This document shows positions 1 to 12,059 of a stretch of 64,000 nt of DNA, piece after piece (positions within the stretch are counted from its first letter, which is position 1; every line of letters starts with the position of its first letter). The notes under the pieces were generated by a model. That model was given only the letters and a program-made list of their open reading frames with translations, made no database searches and was not told where the DNA came from. Source of the stretch: Lama glama (lineage: Eukaryota); the NCBI GenBank assembly GCA_028534125.1, contig CM052818.1:40922001-40986000 (forward strand), written 5' to 3'. The position numbers were made by a program, and so were the translations under genes.

Positions 1-559
1 GCTTCAATTCTGTGTAAGAAACTGTTGGCTGGGACTCACGCTGGATCAGAATTGTTGCCAACTGTGATTGAAAACCAAGGAATCCAGAACGTCTGATTGA
101 GTTTTCCTGAGTACACATTAGATGTCGTACAATTGAGCATGTCCTCAGTCAGTCACTTTCTGCTTAGATTTGTTTCCTCATCTACATAGTGCCTGCACTT
201 TGCCTAATGCAGATTTTTCAGAAGAATTGGTTTGAAACTTCAAGTTCTGAAAGTTTAAACAGTTACTGATATTTCATGACTTGAACTAAATGCCTGTGGA
301 CTTGAAGATACATCAAAATATTCTGTAATAGGAACACAGTTTGTTCTTTAAGAGTGGATATAAATTTGCTATTTCTTTGAGTCAGCAAATGAAATTTTCT
401 TAATTATATATAATATTGATACCTAGCCTGTTGCATTTTGGCTAGGGCAGCGGATAAAGTCCATAGAAACTAAAGCGGCCTGAGAATATCATTAAGCTTA
501 AGGGGGCTTTTGTTGCCTAATTTCTTCTCCGTTTAAGGATGGAGAGATTAATTCAGTAA

Positions 560-1200
560 CATGGTTACGTTTCTGCCATGTGCTAGGAACTGTTTTAAGC
601 ACTGGGAATCCTACTGTAATACAAAATCTGCCTTTGTGGAGCTTAAAGTCTGGTTAAGAGTAGCATCATACCATGTATTATTTCAGATTATGGTCATTGT
701 TACAGAAAATAAGAAAGCAGGGTAAGGAGTTGAGAGCAGAGGGGAGAGTATATTGGATGTGGTGTTAAGGAAAGACTTTGCAGAAGGTCACGTTTAAGCA
801 GAGGCCTGAAGCAAGTGAGAGAAGAGCTAAGGAGAGATACCTAGGGTTGATGGTTCCGGGTAGAGCGCAGAGACCTAAGGGTGAGAATGAACTTCACGTC
901 CAAGACTCTTACGGCCAGTGTTGATGAGCGTGGTGAGCACAAGGTGAGGTTCAGAGGCAGACAGAAAAGTGAGATTGTTCGAGGTGTCAGGCAGGTGTTC
1001 ACACCTGGTCTGGGAAGTATTTTCACAGCACCCCTGTGGCAGCTGTGCGAACAGGTTAGGATTAGAGTGGGACAGACATGGAAAGGATAGGCGGTCTGGA
1101 GGCTTCTGTGGCGATCCGGGTAAGAGCATGGTGACTTGGACTAGAGAGGTGGAGAGAGAAGCGTTAAGATTTGAAATCCAGAGGCGGTGGGACTTGCTGA
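560..1200 (-). mobile_element. L2 LINE fragment
   Basis: Typical L2 3' region in reverse orientation (tgtgctaggaactgttttaagcactggga...ggagcttaaagtctgg...gcagaggcctgaa). Confidence 0.65.
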
Positions 1201-1208
1201 TAAGAATA

Positions 1209-1416
1209 CAGTTGACCCGTGAACAACATGGGGGTCAGGAGCAACAACCCTCCGAGCAGAAATCCACATGGGATTTATCGTTGGCCCTCCATCCGTATCC
1301 GCTCTTCCTCAGGGTCTGCCCTTGTGCGCACGTGGATCCGGTAGCACTGTAGTCTCTACTACTGAAAAAAACCCGCCTGACCTGTGCCGTTCAGGTCCGT
1401 GTTCGAGGGTCAGCTG
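1209..1416. mobile_element. Tigger2-derived MITE (MER8-like, Tc1/mariner)
   Basis: Terminal inverted repeats cagttgacccgtgaacaaca ... gtgttcgagggtcagctg, with TA at the left junction (1207-1208). Appears inserted into the L2. Confidence 0.75.
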
Positions 1417-2427
1417 TTCTGTGGAGTTGTGAGAGGGGTCGAGGATGACTGGCCTGGGCCTGCAGCCTCAAACACGGGGGTGAGTGATGGTGTCCATCGC
1501 AGAGCAAGGGGAGGCGCGGGGGTGCGGCAGAGCAGTGCGCGGCTCGGGGAGCAGCAGAGCAGCTGGTGCCAGCAGGTGCCACCTGAGATAGCTAGTTGGT
1601 TAATCAGGTATTTGATGGGTTACTTTGTGTTGGTAAATGTAAGAACTTGAAAAACAGTAACATAAGGTATGAGTCTAGAGAGCTATATTTTGCCTACAAA
1701 ATGCTGGGAAAAACCCAAATCATGTGCCCAAAGTGGGAAACTTAATTGCTTATACAAAAGGACCTAAGGGAACAGTGTCATTTTATTTAGAAGCTCTCAT
1801 TGACTATCATTTTCTCAGTAAACCCCTACACATCCTGTGCCGTGAGGCTCTCTGCAGACGTCTGTTTAAGCGTGTGTTTTACTTCCTGACATGGTTTCCA
1901 GCGGCGTGGAGGAAATAAGCATCTGGCCTCTTGAAGAAAGTGGTTCATATTATTCATCTAGAGACTGATCCTGAGTGAAGGAATTGCAGGGAAATGAAGC
2001 CTGAAAACAAAACGATTCCCTTTTAAAGGCAGTTTAGAGTTATTTAAGAAATGAGAGGAAATACGAAAACTTAGGACTTCTAAATGCAGGAGGAGTTCAG
2101 ACTAGAATAAAAGTAAGACATCTGGGGGCATTTTCCTTTCAGAACAGCAGCAGGTGTTAAAGAGCCAATTAACATGGTAATTAAAATAGCTGAGTGTAAG
2201 CTAGAACCAGCAGAACCCAGGCGCACGTGAATGATTAGAGGATGCCCGTCGCTGGTCCTTTCTGAAGGAAGCGCTGAGGCTGGGAGGGATACTGAGGATC
2301 CCCGTTGCTGAGGGATGAACCCTTTAAACCCTTTATAGGATTAACACACCCTTCAGATCATGGCTCATCTTCATCACTGGCCCGTGCAGTGCGTATTTAT
2401 TTCCTTTTACCTTCCTTCTCCACTCCC

Positions 2428-4791
2428 TATGGCAGATGGTATTTTCTGAAGATGACCACAACAGATCTCTTCCATGTTCTTCCAAAACCTTGCCTTGCAG
2501 AGTCCGATTCCCTTCCTAAACAGATTTGTATCTCACTTACAACCAATAGAGTGCAATAGAAATGACCCAGTAACTTCTGAGGCTAAGTCAGAAAAAGCAA
2601 TGAAAAGAAAAGTTCTCTAGAACATTCACACTGCATCACTGTCCTGTTTTGGAAGCAGCCAGATTTCCCTGAGGCCGCTACACAGTGAGGAAGCCTAAAC
2701 TAAACTAGCCTGTGTGGGGAAACCATGTAGAGAAGCTTGGGGACCACATGAAGAGAGATGCCCAGCCACCCCCAGCTGCTCCCACCACCCCCGAAGTGCC
2801 CTCATCTCACTACAACCGCATGAGACCTCCCCAGCCAGGGGGACCTCCCACTGCCCAGTGGAGTCCCTCCTGAAATTGGCCCAAACAACCATGAGAGATA
2901 ATACAGTAAACTGTCATTTCAAGCCATTGAGTTTTGGGATGATCTGCCACATAGCATTAGTAACAATCAGATTTTGGTATCTGAAAGGAGTACCCAATTA
3001 AAAAATAAATCTAAGCCACATGGCGCTGGCTGGAAGGAACTTGAGGGCTAGGTTCACAAACACGTGCATCCAAAGGGCCTTGAAGATGCTAGTGGAAGCC
3101 TACAGGGCCTTGCAGAGAGCGTGAGCAGACACTTACAGGGTCTCAAGGATGCTTGATATGGTGACGACTAAAAGAAAGTAAGGAAAATGCTATTGCAAAG
3201 AAGAAAGAGCACAGAGGACCCTTGTTATGTAGTGGTGGAAAGTTGGCCCTGCTGATGCCGTGGTAACCTGGAAAGCAGGAAATGCACCTAATAAACTGGT
3301 GATCTAGCTGAAGAGATGTCTGGGTAGAACGTGACAAGTGCCCCATGGCTTCTTGCTGCCTGTGACAAAATGTGAGGGGAGAGAGGAACTGGTTACGTAT
3401 AAAGGAGCCAGGGCTGTTTGTTTATTCCCACGCTGTTTCAGATGACAACTGGTTTTTAAAGTAGGGAGTGGCTTCAGTGCAAATTTAAATCCAGGGTAGA
3501 ACCACAAGGATCCTTAGTTAGGACCTCAGAGAGCTCTGAAGCAGTGCTTTTCGACCTTTTCAGGCCCTTTTCCAGGGGCCTGACTTTCTGGTCCTCTCCA
3601 TTGAACAACAGGCTTCCAAGACTTCGGAGTGTGTTCCTTAGCAGTCACACAAGGAGCCCTGTCTAATTGAGTGGATTTTATAAATTGATACATTAAAAAC
3701 CCATAAGATTTTTTCAAGACTTGTATCAACTTAGACTGAAAGAGATTGTACAAAATGAAAAGGCTTTGTACTTCTAGACTTTCATGGGCCGCAGTAGGCA
3801 GAGAAAACTACTCGAGTACAAACACAGACTACATTTTTTATGGAAAAGGAAGGCCAGCTCAGAGGGTAGAAGCAAGAACACAAAAGGCAGAGCCACAAGC
3901 CATGGAGAACAGCCCGCACAGGGCAGGCCTGGGCCCTGACTAACCCAGAAACGCAAGACGTCCCGGGTGGTTTCAGACTTGCTGTGGGCCAGACGGCCGT
4001 GCGCTTTCCATGGCACCGTTTTTGAAAGCGTCCCTACTGCAGTCGTGCTTTGCCTGTTCCAACACTCCGCGTTGCGTACGGGCCGGGGAGAGGGCCAGTA
4101 ATTAGCCACTGGATTCACGGGCCTTTGGATCAAAAAGAATGGTCCTCGATGGGCTAACGAACCACATCTGAGGAGCCTTTCGATGATAAGGGTTGGGGCC
4201 TCAAGCCTGACCCCAAAGTCACAGTGTTATGAGAACTTTGTGGTTGCCTGGGGGCGGGGTGGACACGTTCTGTATGTGGAAGAGATGAGAATTGTGGCTA
4301 CAAGGTGAACTGTGACTGACTGCTTTCCAAAGATGGTGGCAACCACATCTCCCCTGTCACATGTTGCCCTTCCTATCAAGACAGAGTTTAATTCCCTTCT
4401 TGACTGTGGATAGGTTTGTGCAAGTGCTACTTCATGACCTGGGGCTAGGTCAGAAAGCACTATGAAACTTCCAGCCTCTTTGCAGGAGTACTTGTGCTGG
4501 AGGCCTGAACCCCCACGTGAGCAGCATGCCTGCTCCGAAGCCGCCGTGCTGGGAGGAGCGCAAACCAGCCCAAGTGAAGAAGCCCTGAGGCTGGAAGGAG
4601 AGCGATGCCCTGTCAGCTCCCAGCTGCTCCCGGGACCTGTTCAGCTCAGCGACCACACGACTGCAGCTGTCTGAGAGACCCCAGGCCAGAATCATCCAGG
4701 TGAACCCTCCTCAAGTCCCTGACCCACAGAAGCCAGGGGAAAGCCACTGCATTTAGGGATGGGACGTCGTGGTGCAGTAGTAACTCAAGCA
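2428..4791 (+). mobile_element. MaLR (MLT1-type) element with both LTRs (about 2428-2969 and 4311-4791) and about 1.3 kb internal region
   Basis: Two homologous direct repeats (ttttctgaagatgaccaca / tttccaaagatggtggcaa at the starts; aagccattgagttttgggatg / aagccactgcatttagggatg near the ends). The internal part starts gattttggtatctg, as in MLT-int. Confidence 0.72.
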
Positions 4792-5974
4792 GTGCCACTG
4801 CCACTCACCCCCGGGCCGCAATTCTCTTGTAATATTTCCTTTTATGTGCTTTTGGTGTTCTCCTGTGAGAGAATGTATTGTTCATTTATATATGTTATAG
4901 ATTGTGCAGTAAATTTTCTTTTTCCCCCCTTTCAGCATTTTAAAAACACATGCATGTTGCTGCGTGTACACTGGTCTGTTGCTCCCAGTGGACGCGCGGT
5001 CTGCCTTAGGATGCGTCCACCACCTCTTACCTACCTGGCCCTCTAGTAATGGACCACTAGGTGGCCTCCAGTTGCCACACCAGAAACAGAGTTGTCATGG
5101 ACATCCTGGGACAGGTCCCCTTCAGCCCTCTGAGAGCTTCCTGGGTAACACACCCCGGAGTCAGAGGGCAGCTGTGCACTATTCTCACCAGCACTGCTGG
5201 ACTGCTCTCGGGGCCTGCCCCGGGCTACACCAGCAAGCAGTGAGGACCAAAACAAGCAAACAACAAGATGTTCACTTGTGTCCCACTTCTCCGTTGTATG
5301 TACTTATTTACCAGTGAGTCTGCTGGAGGGTTTGTTTCTCAGAAGGGCCCCAAATACGCACGTGGCTCACTCCCTTCCCTCAGGTCTTACATCAGTGTCT
5401 CCCAACCAGCCCGGAGCAAGTAGCCCCTGCTGCGCCCCATCCCTCTCCACCCCTCTTCACTTGCTGTGCTTTGCTTCATGGTTCTCACATTTGTGTGTGT
5501 GTGTGTTCAGCTATTGTCCGTCTCCCCACTGGGAATGGTGCTGGGTGCACAGTAGGTAGGTGATCAGTGAGGATCATGCACTGCCCATGGCTGGACTTAA
5601 CTGAGTGCCTTTCTAAGGAGGCTCCCCAGCTCCTCCCCTCACCCCACCCTCACTTCGTCAGAGGAGAGAGTTATCAGAGGCACTGAACGTCCCGTCTCTC
5701 CCTGCCTCCACCTCGGACTCACCAAGCACAGGGATTAAGGGCACTCGAGACCGTTCTCTCTGTGGGCAAAGTCTGCTAGGGAGGGTTTCAGGTACCGTCT
5801 GTGTCCTGAGTGCTCGTGGGGAGCTTTGCTTGCTCCCGGTTTCCTGTTGAATGGGTGAATGGAGTCATCAGCCCTGGTCTCTGGTCCCATGTAATGATCC
5901 TAAGACAGAAAAAGGAAGAGCATTTAGGAAAAAAAAAAAAAAAAAAAAGGTGCTCCATGAAAAGTGAGTAACTT

Positions 5975-6158
5975 AGCAATGAACTGTCTGATACTGTAGC
6001 TGCCATCTACATATGGCAAATTAAATTTAAATTAACTAACATAAAATGAAAAATGCAGTTGTCAGTCGCACCAGCTAAGCCTGAGGCGCTCAACAGCCTC
6101 ACGTAGCCAGTGCAGGCACAGACGTTTCCAACATCACGGAAAGCTGTGCTGGACAGAG
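5975..6158. mobile_element. hAT-Charlie MITE (MER3/MER33-like)
   Basis: gaactgtctgatactgtagc...aaattaaatttaaattaa...gtgctggacagagctg is characteristic of this family. Confidence 0.6.
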
Positions 6159-6418
6159 CTGCAGAAAGCAGCCGGCTCCTCCGGACTCGTTCTGAAAATG
6201 CAGACCCCCCTCCAGGGTTCTTGATGGAAGCTCTCTGCCTTCCTTCGTCAAGCTTGAAAGGCTCAGAATTGTTCCATTGTTAAAACAACTTTTGATCAGG
6301 AGAAACGGGGGTCTGCTTTCCTCCCGGCTCCTTCTGAGAATGCATCTCAGCCTGTGTCCTCCACGTGGTCGTGCAGGACGAAACGTGTGCTTAGCACCAC
6401 GGTCACACTGAGATAGCA

Positions 6419-6424
6419 TTTATT
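6419..6424 (-). terminator. Candidate distal polyadenylation signal AATAAA of VSNL1
   Basis: Plus strand reads tttatt; GU-containing sequence follows on the minus strand (cagtgtgaccgtggtg). Confidence 0.55.
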
Positions 6425-6693
6425 GCCATACGGTGAGTGTGTTTTGAGAACGAGCACGTTTTATGTTTCGTTTAACTTCTACATGCTGCATTAATTGTCT
6501 GTCTTCTGAAGGCCAGGAGGAAGCATCGGGAAGTCGTTTTTGCCCTTTGGTTGTCATCAGTTCTTCGAAGTCCCACGCTGCGTGTTTAAAGGCAGATTTA
6601 GTAAGTTGTTGCTCCTGACCCTTGATGATTCTGAACACCTATTTCAAATTTAAAATTAGGAAATAACTGAGGGAAAAAGTCAAATGTTATCAA

Positions 6694-6699
6694 TTTATT
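6694..6699 (-). terminator. Candidate proximal polyadenylation signal AATAAA of VSNL1
   Basis: Plus strand reads tttatt; the downstream minus-strand sequence is U-rich (ttgactttttccc). Confidence 0.55.
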
Positions 6700-7386
6700 T
6701 GGGACATCGATTGCCACCTCTTTGGAAGTCTTTGAAAATTCAAGCAGAAATCAATACACATCCATCTTTTTTTTTTTACTTTCAATAAATAATATCTTTG
6801 TGTATATGTATATATAGATAGATATACTTAATTAATGAGTCATTTAGCAGGGGTTTTAAGTTTTATGCTGCATTAATTCCAACATAGCTCTTTCCAGATC
6901 GGTAGGATGCAAATGAGGTAAGAATTAAGGCAAACCTAAAAGGCATGCAAATGTCGTACATTTATATTCACTGATAACACAAGCTCTTGTGTGTGTGGAC
7001 CGCACAGAGAGGCCAAGGGCCCCTCCGCGTGTCTGTCCAGTACTATTTTACAGGAGAATGGTGACACAGCTTATAATTAGGTTACATTACCGTGGGGGTC
7101 TCAGTACTACTAACATTATGTAATCAAGGAGACGCGAGCATTAGCAGAACATGAACAAGAAATCATATAACTCTTTGCAGCACATTTCTGCCCAGGCTTT
7201 GGAGGAGGAGAACTCTTTTTTCTTTTCTTTTTTTTTTAATGAAATGATATTACACATATCACATTGTGGCAGGTTGTTTGTTTTGTAATATATGCTTTTA
7301 AAATTCATTAGCAAATGACATTCTCATGCACACAAGTGTTTCAAACACAAGAAGCAAGTCCATTTATAGGTAGTCCAAGCAATATT

Positions 7387-7413
7387 TGTGTGTGTGTGTG
7401 TGTGTGTGTGTGT
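7387..7413. repeat. (TG)13 microsatellite in the VSNL1 3' UTR
   Basis: Seen directly. Confidence 0.95.
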
Positions 7414-7476
7414 ATAATAGCTGCAGACTGAATGGAACATTGGGATTTCTGTGCAGTCCGTCGTGATGACCTCCGC

Positions 7477-7674
7477 TCATTTCTGAATGTCGCACTGCAG
7501 AAGTAATACGATGGAAGGGTCGCTCTTCGCAGCTTCTTTGAATTCATCCAGTGTAATCTGGTCATCTTTGTTCTTATCCATCTTGCTGAAAATCTTGTCT
7601 ACTCGCTGCTCGGGCGTGAGGCCATCCTCATTCATTTTCATCATGATCACCGTGCCCACCATTTTGTAGATTGC
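7477..7674 (-). CDS. VSNL1: VSNL1 (VILIP-1) last coding exon, residues 127-191 plus TGA stop
   Basis: Translates [65 protein letters not shown], matching the VSNL1 C-terminus as I recall it (HPCAL4 differs, e.g. MRMNQD and CDMQK). Contains the EF-hand loop [12 protein letters not shown]. Preceded on the minus strand by a pyrimidine tract and AG (tttcttgttttcctaag|GCA). 198 bp, phase 0. Confidence 0.98.
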   Translation of the reverse strand, partial: AIYKMVGTVIMMKMNEDGLTPEQRVDKIFSKMDKNKDDQITLDEFKEAAKSDPSIVLLLQCDIQK

Positions 7675-8239
7675 CTTAGGAAAACAAGAAACAGGCCATA
7701 AAGTCCTCCCACAATAGGTCACAGAATTTAAATTTCCTTCAAAGGACTCCTTAAATGGTTTTAAATAAGAGAGTGATGTCACCAAATCCATGTGAATCTC
7801 ATGACCAATGGGATAGAGAAGAATTTTGTGTGACTCCCAGGTTCCTGGCTGGGGAAAGTGAGTAGAAAGAATAGTGGTGAGATTGAGAAAAATGAAATAG
7901 GAGCAGGTGCAGGGAGGAAAATGATGAGTTCAGCTCAAACCTTCTGAGTTTGAGGTGCAGACGATGGTCAGTAAGCATAACTCCTTAGAGATTTAGGGAG
8001 GATGAACTGTGGGCCCCACTCAAGGAATCTACAATCTGTTAAGAAAGCAAACAAGGTGGACCAGTAAAGTTTAGCCCTGAAAGAGGGCAGCGTAGGGAGG
8101 GCTGTGAATCAAGGACTCTGTTCATAAGCTAAAGAACAGAGTTGGAAGATTCCATTGTCCAGTTCAATTAAGTGTGCACAATTAGTTCTCAATATGGGAA
8201 TGAAAGGTAGAAACAAGTCTCTTTCTTAGGAAAATGCCT

Positions 8240-8730
8240 TAAAAAATTAAATGCCCATCTAAGCAAAGACTTACAGGTGAACATTATTACATACCTTACA
8301 TAGCAGCATTATTAATAATAGCCAAAAAGTGGTAACAGCACAATTGCCTAGCAACTGGTAAACAGATAAAATATGACATTTCTGTACAACTGAATATGAT
8401 TTTAGCAGCAAAAAGGAATGATAAGTGCTACAACACAGCTAAACCCTACCCCCAAAAGCCAGATATAAAAGGCTGTACATACACAGTGTATGATTCCATT
8501 TACATGAAATGTCCAGAAAGACAAATCCATAGAGGCAAAGTAGAAGGGAAGGTACCTGTGTCTGGGGGTACAAATGGGCATGAGGGATCTTACTGGGAGA
8601 ATTAAACTGTTCCAGAATAAGATTATGATGATGGTTGCAAACTTTGGCAAGTTTATAAAAATCTTTGAATTGCATAGCTAAAATACGTGAATTTATGGTC
8701 TGTTAATTATAACTCAATAAAGTTTTGAAG
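8240..8730 (+). mobile_element. Old L1 (L1M) 3' end fragment
   Basis: atagcagcattatt...atagccaaaaagtgg, gtatgattccatttacatgaaatgtccagaa, ending ataactcaataaag. Confidence 0.75.
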
Positions 8731-11700
8731 AATACCAATTAGAGAGGATACACCACTAACAAGTGTTTCCTTTAACAAGTAAAATGTCTACTGAGATAAA
8801 ATATTTTTTGTTTGCTCACTTTTGTAAATAGATTGTGTTGATTCAGAGTGAAAAAGAAAATCTTTGACATCTGACTTTAAAAGAAGCAAACTGTTGACAT
8901 TTCATTTGATGGACAGTTGGTAGAAGGGGTCTGGATTAGCCTAGAATCCTGAGCAGTGTATGAGGGAAAAGAAGAGATGCCTGGACTTTAAAAACAAGAC
9001 AGACGGGTCAGCCGCAAGTAAGCTGCCACTTTCACTCCATCCTTTGAAGGGTGAAATGAAAAGGGCTTAAAGGAGGCGATAGGTAGGAAGGCCGCCAGCA
9101 AGACAAATGCACTGTTGATGGTCATGGCAAAAAGAAAAGCAAACACAGAGAGTCCACCCTGGACCTCATCTAATAGCTCTGAACACGGCTGGGAATCCTT
9201 AACCGCATCTGAAACGCAGCCCTGCAATCTGCACCATAAACATGACAACCAAGAAAGGACGTTCCAGATGCAGACTCTTCCATCGAACATCAGCGCAGGT
9301 CAAGAGCACGTCAGACTCAGGACTAAATATGAACCTGCTCCCTGACGGATCTTAAAGAAACCCTGTCGGCCCCTGGCGTGCATCACAATGTTTACCACTG
9401 TCTTCTCTGAAGATGGGATATGTCTCGCGTGTGCTTTCCTAGGAAGAAATGACTATCTCAGGTATTCTCGTTATTCAACCAAAAACTAAGGACCCATTAG
9501 GCCTGTGTACAACACTGCGGGGCAGATGCCCTGTGCTTCCCTGGGGCGCGTGGCCCCTGGTGTCCCCTCCAGCCACTGGCCCTCCCTCATCAAGGCACCT
9601 GCCTTGCTCTGCTGTCACTGCCTGTTCTCTCGTGTGGACACAGGCCCTCGGGTCAGCCAGCTCCTCCAGGGTGGGCACATGTGTCTTTTCGCATCTGTCT
9701 CCACCGCTTTGCCGGGAGGCTGGCACCAACAGAGAGGCTGACTGCAGGCTACAGGAGCCCAGAGGGTGGAGGGTGGTGGAGAACCCTGCGGTGAAGCAGG
9801 CCAAGACGGCTTCTTGGACGCGGTGAGATAACCTAGACCTCGAAGGGGAAAAAAGGACTCGGATGGGCCTAGAGCCCTGAAAGACATCCAGGTGAAAAGC
9901 ATGGTGGGAGCAAAAGTGGCCAGAAGTGCATGTGCAAGGGTGAGGGGCCTGGGATGGACGGTGAGGCTGGAGCAGAGGAGACACACAAGCAAACGGTGTC
10001 GGCTGGACCAGCTGTCAGAGAGCTGTGTGCCTGTGCACGGAGGAACTGCTCTGCAGACTTCGGATCACGTGGACGAGCAGCTCCTGAAGCACAGGGATGC
10101 TGTGAAGACTGCATCAGTCATTGACCTGCTGGTCCTGAAAAGGTGGCTCAGCAAAGCGGAACCTGGAGGCAGGAAAGTGTGCCAGGGCCCAGGTGCCAAG
10201 GGCCAGGAGCTGGTGAAATCACTGGAGGTGGACATGGGGAGCCACACGCAGAGGGAGCAGGATGGGGGACGCGGCTGGAGAGAAGGAAAGAAGCTGGGAG
10301 CTGAGGTGGATGATAGTTCCAAGGGAGACAGAGCCTGAGCGATAACTGCCATTTACTGAGCATTTCCTACGTGACAGGAAGTGTGCCGGGTGCTCTGCAG
10401 ACCATCTCACTTAACCCTGACCACGGGCTTGGAGGATAGGTTTTATTTGCTTTATTTTTTCACAAAGACATTGAGGCTTTGGTGCACAAACCCCCACAGC
10501 CAGGAAGCAGCACACCGTGTCTGACTCTTAAAGCTCCCCTTGCTGCTGTTGCGTCTCCCAGTTTACTTAGGAAGGCAAGTGGGTACCAAATGGAGAGAAG
10601 GAACTAAAGATACTGAGAGATGATGGGCAGGCAGGGCTCCAGAGGCGCAGCACGGAGCCGGGAGCTGCCCCAGGGGAGGAGAGTGAGCGTAGCTTGAGGG
10701 GTACCTGGGGGACTGGGCCACTTGGGTTTTGGCTCCTGTTTCTTGCCATCAGCCCCTAGTTGTCATCTGGGGATCCACCCTCCCTGCGTCTCAGCCCTGT
10801 GGTCTGGATGGGGCCTCACCCCAGCTCAGGATGGAATGCTTGGCTCTTGCGTGTGGCAAGTGGTGCATTTCCCTCTGGGGTCACACTGGTTGGTGCAGAG
10901 GTGGGCACACAGGCTGAGACAGTCAGCCAGTGAAAAGGCATCGATTCACTCATCAGCAGTTGAGTGCCTGCCAGTTTCCAGGTCTCTTCTAGGTGCTAGG
11001 GAAATGGCAGTGAGCGAACAGAGTCCTCTCCCCACAGAGCTTGTGTTATATAAGGTTATCTGGGGCCGTGATAAATGCTGTGACAAAAAAAACACATGTT
11101 GGTTAGGGGTTAGACTGCACCGGTGGGTACTGTGTGGGGAGGGCAGTGCAGGAAGGCTGGCCTGCTGGGAGGTGAGATGAGAACACAGCCCAGAGTGAAG
11201 TGAGGGAGGCCGGGAAGGGGTTCTGGGCAGAGAGGGAGGACGTCGAGGCCCTGAAGCAAAGCTGCGTGTTCCAGGAAAACCAAGAAGGCCCAGGTGTCTT
11301 GAGCACAGTGTGCAGGGAGGATGTGGAAGATTAAGGTCAGAGCAGTGGGCAGAGGAAGCCTGGGACGTTTGCACAGGCACCTGAAAAGATGACTGTTCAC
11401 GTGGAGTGATGGGGACCTGGGAGCCACGGGCAGCATCTTGTGCCCACGGGGGCAGCTGGTTTGAGGAAGAAGGCAGCATCCACAGAGCAGAGCTAAGGCA
11501 AGTGCCAGAGAAACTGAGTCCTGATACCACCCTCTGCACCCAGGAGGCTCTCGCCTATGGAAGATCTCCCAGCGCGAGCATGGCTGGTTGAAACGCTGAT
11601 TGACAGTCAGGGCCGAGCAGCTCGGACCTGTGACGTTTCCCAGAGCCCAGCTGGAGCCAGGGAACAGGGACGGAGACTTCAAGGCCTGGCAGGACTCCTG

Positions 11701-11843
11701 GCAGGGCAGAAAGAGCTGCCACAGGCTTATCCCCAGGGAGCTCTTTCCCGGGGCTCTGCCTCCAGTGCCCGCAGCCCAGGTCCTGAGCACACGGAGCGCC
11801 CGCTGCCCGGGGTGGGGGTTGGGTGGGACTGGGGCCCCCTCAC

Positions 11844-12059
11844 CTCAATGATCTCCAGCATCTCCACCCGGGTGATCTTGCCATCCCCGTCCAGGTCGTA
11901 CATGTTGAAGGCCCAGTTCAGCTTCTGCTCAAAGCTGCCCCTGGAGGTGATGGACAGGGCGCAGATGAACTCTCGGAAGTCGATGGTGCCATCCCCGTTC
12001 TTGTCAAAGGTCCGGAAGGCGTGCTGGGCAAACTTGGAGGCGTCCCCATACGGGAAGAA
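11844..12059 (-). CDS. VSNL1: VSNL1 penultimate coding exon, residues 55-126 (EF-hands 2 and 3)
   Basis: Translates [72 protein letters not shown]. Acceptor ctgtgttctgctttgtag|TTC and donor GAG|gtgagg. 216 bp = 72 codons, joining in frame to the 7477-7674 exon. Confidence 0.98.

Larger units (their letters stand above)
6400..7476 (-). other. VSNL1: VSNL1 3' UTR (3' end approximate)
   Basis: Unique AT-rich sequence without interspersed repeats after the stop codon, with minus-strand AATAAA at 6694-6699 and 6419-6424. The transposon-rich flank starts below about 6160. Confidence 0.75.

Noticed and set aside
6390..6410. REST/RE1-like motif cttagcaccacggtcacactg near the VSNL1 3' end
   Set aside because: Matches the AGCACCACGG core but misses conserved positions in both half-sites (TCAGCACC and GGACAG); probably below threshold.
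7675..7791. N-terminal extension [10 protein letters not shown]... of the 104-aa ORF
   Set aside because: Intronic read-through upstream of the splice acceptor; not VSNL1 protein sequence.
7477..12059. Alternative identity as HPCAL4 or hippocalcin
   Set aside because: Diagnostic residues (LSITSRG, AFNMY, KITRVEM, MKMNED, CDIQK) fit VSNL1.
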